35,026 bases of DNA, taken from NCBI GenBank assembly GCA_027490875.1, contig JAIXXE010000176.1, positions 1 to 35,026 of the forward strand, given 5' to 3'. The notes below the pieces were generated by a model. The model saw only the letters and a program-made list of their open reading frames with translations, ran no database searches and was not told where the DNA came from. Both the position numbers and the translations under genes were made by a program. Source of the DNA: Alphaproteobacteria bacterium. Its GTDB lineage: Bacteria > Pseudomonadota > Alphaproteobacteria > UBA2136 > UBA6156. Shown piece after piece: positions 33,576-35,026 of this stretch; the first letter of the stretch is position 1; every line of letters starts with the position of its first letter.

Positions 33576-33989
33576 ATGCTGAACTTGGCAAAACCCATGC
33601 TCGGGGCGCTGGCCGATGTGCTGCTTTCCCGCAAGGCCGAGCTGGCCCAACAGACGGGCCTGCCGGAAGACGCAGTCGGGAAGGTCAGCGCCGCGGTCAG
33701 CGAGTTCCTGACCCGCGACGAACGTGCGGCCAGCGCCGTCATGGCGGAAGTTGAAAAGGCCCGCAGCCACGATGTGGCGTTGGCCGATAACGCCCCACCG
33801 CTGGTACAACTGCTGCGGGGGCTGGTACGGCCGATTATAACCCTCGCAGCATGTTTTTGGTATATCGGGGCACGGCTCTATGGTATCCCGCTGGGCCCAG
33901 AAGATTATGCCATCATAGGGGGTATCATGGCGTTCTGGTTCGGCTTTCGGCCTTTTGAAAAGGGGTTGGAGTCGCGCCTGCGCCCCTAG
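33576..33989 (+). CDS. 3-TM holin of the GTA-release type (DUF3154-like)
   Basis: 137 aa. Soluble helical N-terminal half, then hydrophobic segments (LVRPIITLAACFWYIGARLYG, YAIIGGIMAFWFGF). It starts 3 nt after the amidase stop. The family assignment is from memory of the layout. Confidence 0.6.
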   Translation: MLNLAKPMLGALADVLLSRKAELAQQTGLPEDAVGKVSAAVSEFLTRDERAASAVMAEVEKARSHDVALADNAPPLVQLLRGLVRPIITLAACFWYIGARLYGIPLGPEDYAIIGGIMAFWFGFRPFEKGLESRLRP

Positions 33990-34132
33990 GCATGTTTCAC
34001 AGATTCACGCAAGGTTGCCACAGCGGTGATGAAAGAGTGCAACAACCCCGAAAAAGTGCTGGCAGCTTAAACAGGTTGCGCTATGATTCTTAGACGTAAA
34101 CCAAAAAAGAACCAGAGACGCTTCACCGTTCC

Positions 34133-34807
34133 ATGACTGCTTCAAACCCACCCAGCCCCACCTCCGGTCAGGAGATCGATGATATTTTAACATCGATTCG
34201 TGAATCAGTCGCACAGGAAAGTACCAAGGTAGGGCAGGGGACCAACGATCTCCCCGACTCCGACCCCGACGATGACATACTGGAACTGACCGCTGCCGAA
34301 ATGGCCGCCCCAACGCCTGAGCAGGCCGCTACGCCCGCAGCCGCTGCCAGCGAGGATACCGCCGATGTGCTCGGTATCCCAGCCCTGCCACCCAGCGAAG
34401 CCGCCGACGAGTTCGACCGCCTTCTGGCCGAAATTGGTCAGGAAAAGCAACAACGCGCCGCCGTGATTGAAGCCCAGAAAGAAGCCCTGCTGGCCGACAT
34501 TGAGCCACTCGGCGCCGAATCCGCCCAGCCGGAAGCCACCCCCCCTGCGCCCGCCGACTTCCAATCCGCCACAGACCTGGCCTCACCACTGCCCAGCACG
34601 GCACCCGGATCATTCAATCCTGCCGGGGCCACGGTGGTGAATACGTTGGAAACCGCCGCAGGGATGCAGCTGGTCTTGCCCGCCGAAGTTCTGGCGGTGG
34701 CCTTGCGGCCCATGGTGCAAGGCTGGCTGGATGCCAACCTGCCGGCCGTGGTGGAGCGCCTGGTGCAGGCCGAAATCGCCAAACTTAACAACAACGATGA
34801 TGCTTAG
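34133..34807 (+). CDS. popZ: PopZ-like pole-organizing protein (DUF2497)
   Basis: 224 aa. N-terminal IDDILTSIRESVAQE, an acidic Pro/Ala-rich linker, and C-terminal LRPMVQGWLDANLPAVVERLVQAEIAKL, the DUF2497 signature. Confidence 0.75.
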   Translation: MTASNPPSPTSGQEIDDILTSIRESVAQESTKVGQGTNDLPDSDPDDDILELTAAEMAAPTPEQAATPAAAASEDTADVLGIPALPPSEAADEFDRLLAEIGQEKQQRAAVIEAQKEALLADIEPLGAESAQPEATPPAPADFQSATDLASPLPSTAPGSFNPAGATVVNTLETAAGMQLVLPAEVLAVALRPMVQGWLDANLPAVVERLVQAEIAKLNNNDDA

Positions 34808-34939
34808 TCAGCTTTATAGCCAAGCCCATAACCACTTGCACAACCTCCTCCGTCATTCCAGAACGCGGTTGGGGAGAACAATGGTTCATTGTTCGGGCCC
34901 CCAACCCGTATCTGGAATAACAACAATTCTTTTTTTCTC

Positions 34940-35026
34940 TTATAGCGAAGCCTTTATTCATTGAGTACAGCCTGTAGGATTGTCATTCAGAGGCTTTAGC
35001 CGAAGAATCCAGGTCTTTACAACGCT
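34940..35026. repeat. second (truncated by window edge) copy of the TATAGCGAAGCC-terminated element
   Basis: TATAGCGAAGCCT at 34940-34952 is identical to 3637-3649. About 18 nt further in it has ATTGAGTACA, comparable to ATTTAGTACA in the reverse complement of the right end of the 3637-3799 element. Confidence 0.4.

Larger units (their letters stand above)
21443..33989 (+). mobile_element. phage-derived packaging/head/tail/lysis gene cluster (no integration, lysogeny or replication module)
   Basis: Sixteen genes, listed individually below, all on the + strand except one. Bounded by rpsP (left) and the popZ-like gene (right). Confidence 0.85.

Noticed and set aside
21240-34132. Direct repeats (attL/attR) at the borders of the phage-derived cluster
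   Set aside because: By eye, the only shared string between 21240-21580 and 33990-34132 is the 7-mer CTTAAAC, which is not significant. A proper alignment could still reveal something I missed.

Overview
GC-rich (about 60% by eye) chromosomal DNA that reads like an alphaproteobacterium, based on a PopZ/DUF2497-type protein, an alpha-type S21, an S16 with an Ala/Glu/Lys tail, a fliL-fliM-motE block and a 3-TM holin of the GTA-release type. Positions 1-21240 are mostly housekeeping genes in an unusually shuffled order. They include a proX-like fragment, fliL-fliM-(unknown)-VOC-motE, a FAM151/DUF2181-like gene, an XRE regulator, lnt-corC-ybeY, metK, and a DsbA-like gene with a 651-aa unknown. 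These are followed by fdxA, dnaX-ybaB-recR, chbG-like, tRNA-Ile(GAT), lpxC plus a coupled unknown, dnaN, rpsU, rimM and rpsP. Positions 21443-33989 hold the main accessory feature, a compact 12.5 kb one-directional phage-derived cluster. It encodes only packaging, head, short-tail-type, fibre and lysis functions. I see no integrase, repressor or replication genes and no att repeats, and it sits directly between rpsP and popZ. It is preceded by a promoter followed immediately by a terminator-like hairpin. I rank it as a candidate gene-transfer-agent-like or domesticated particle locus; a prophage remnant is the alternative. Other points are tandem tRNA-3'-end duplications (att scars) next to an AT-rich orphan gene, a MITE-like inverted-repeat element with a second partial copy at the right edge, and an unlisted 56-aa membrane ORF overlapping the endolysin start. 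No CRISPR array or rRNA was seen. All family calls come from motifs recognised by eye, not from searches.
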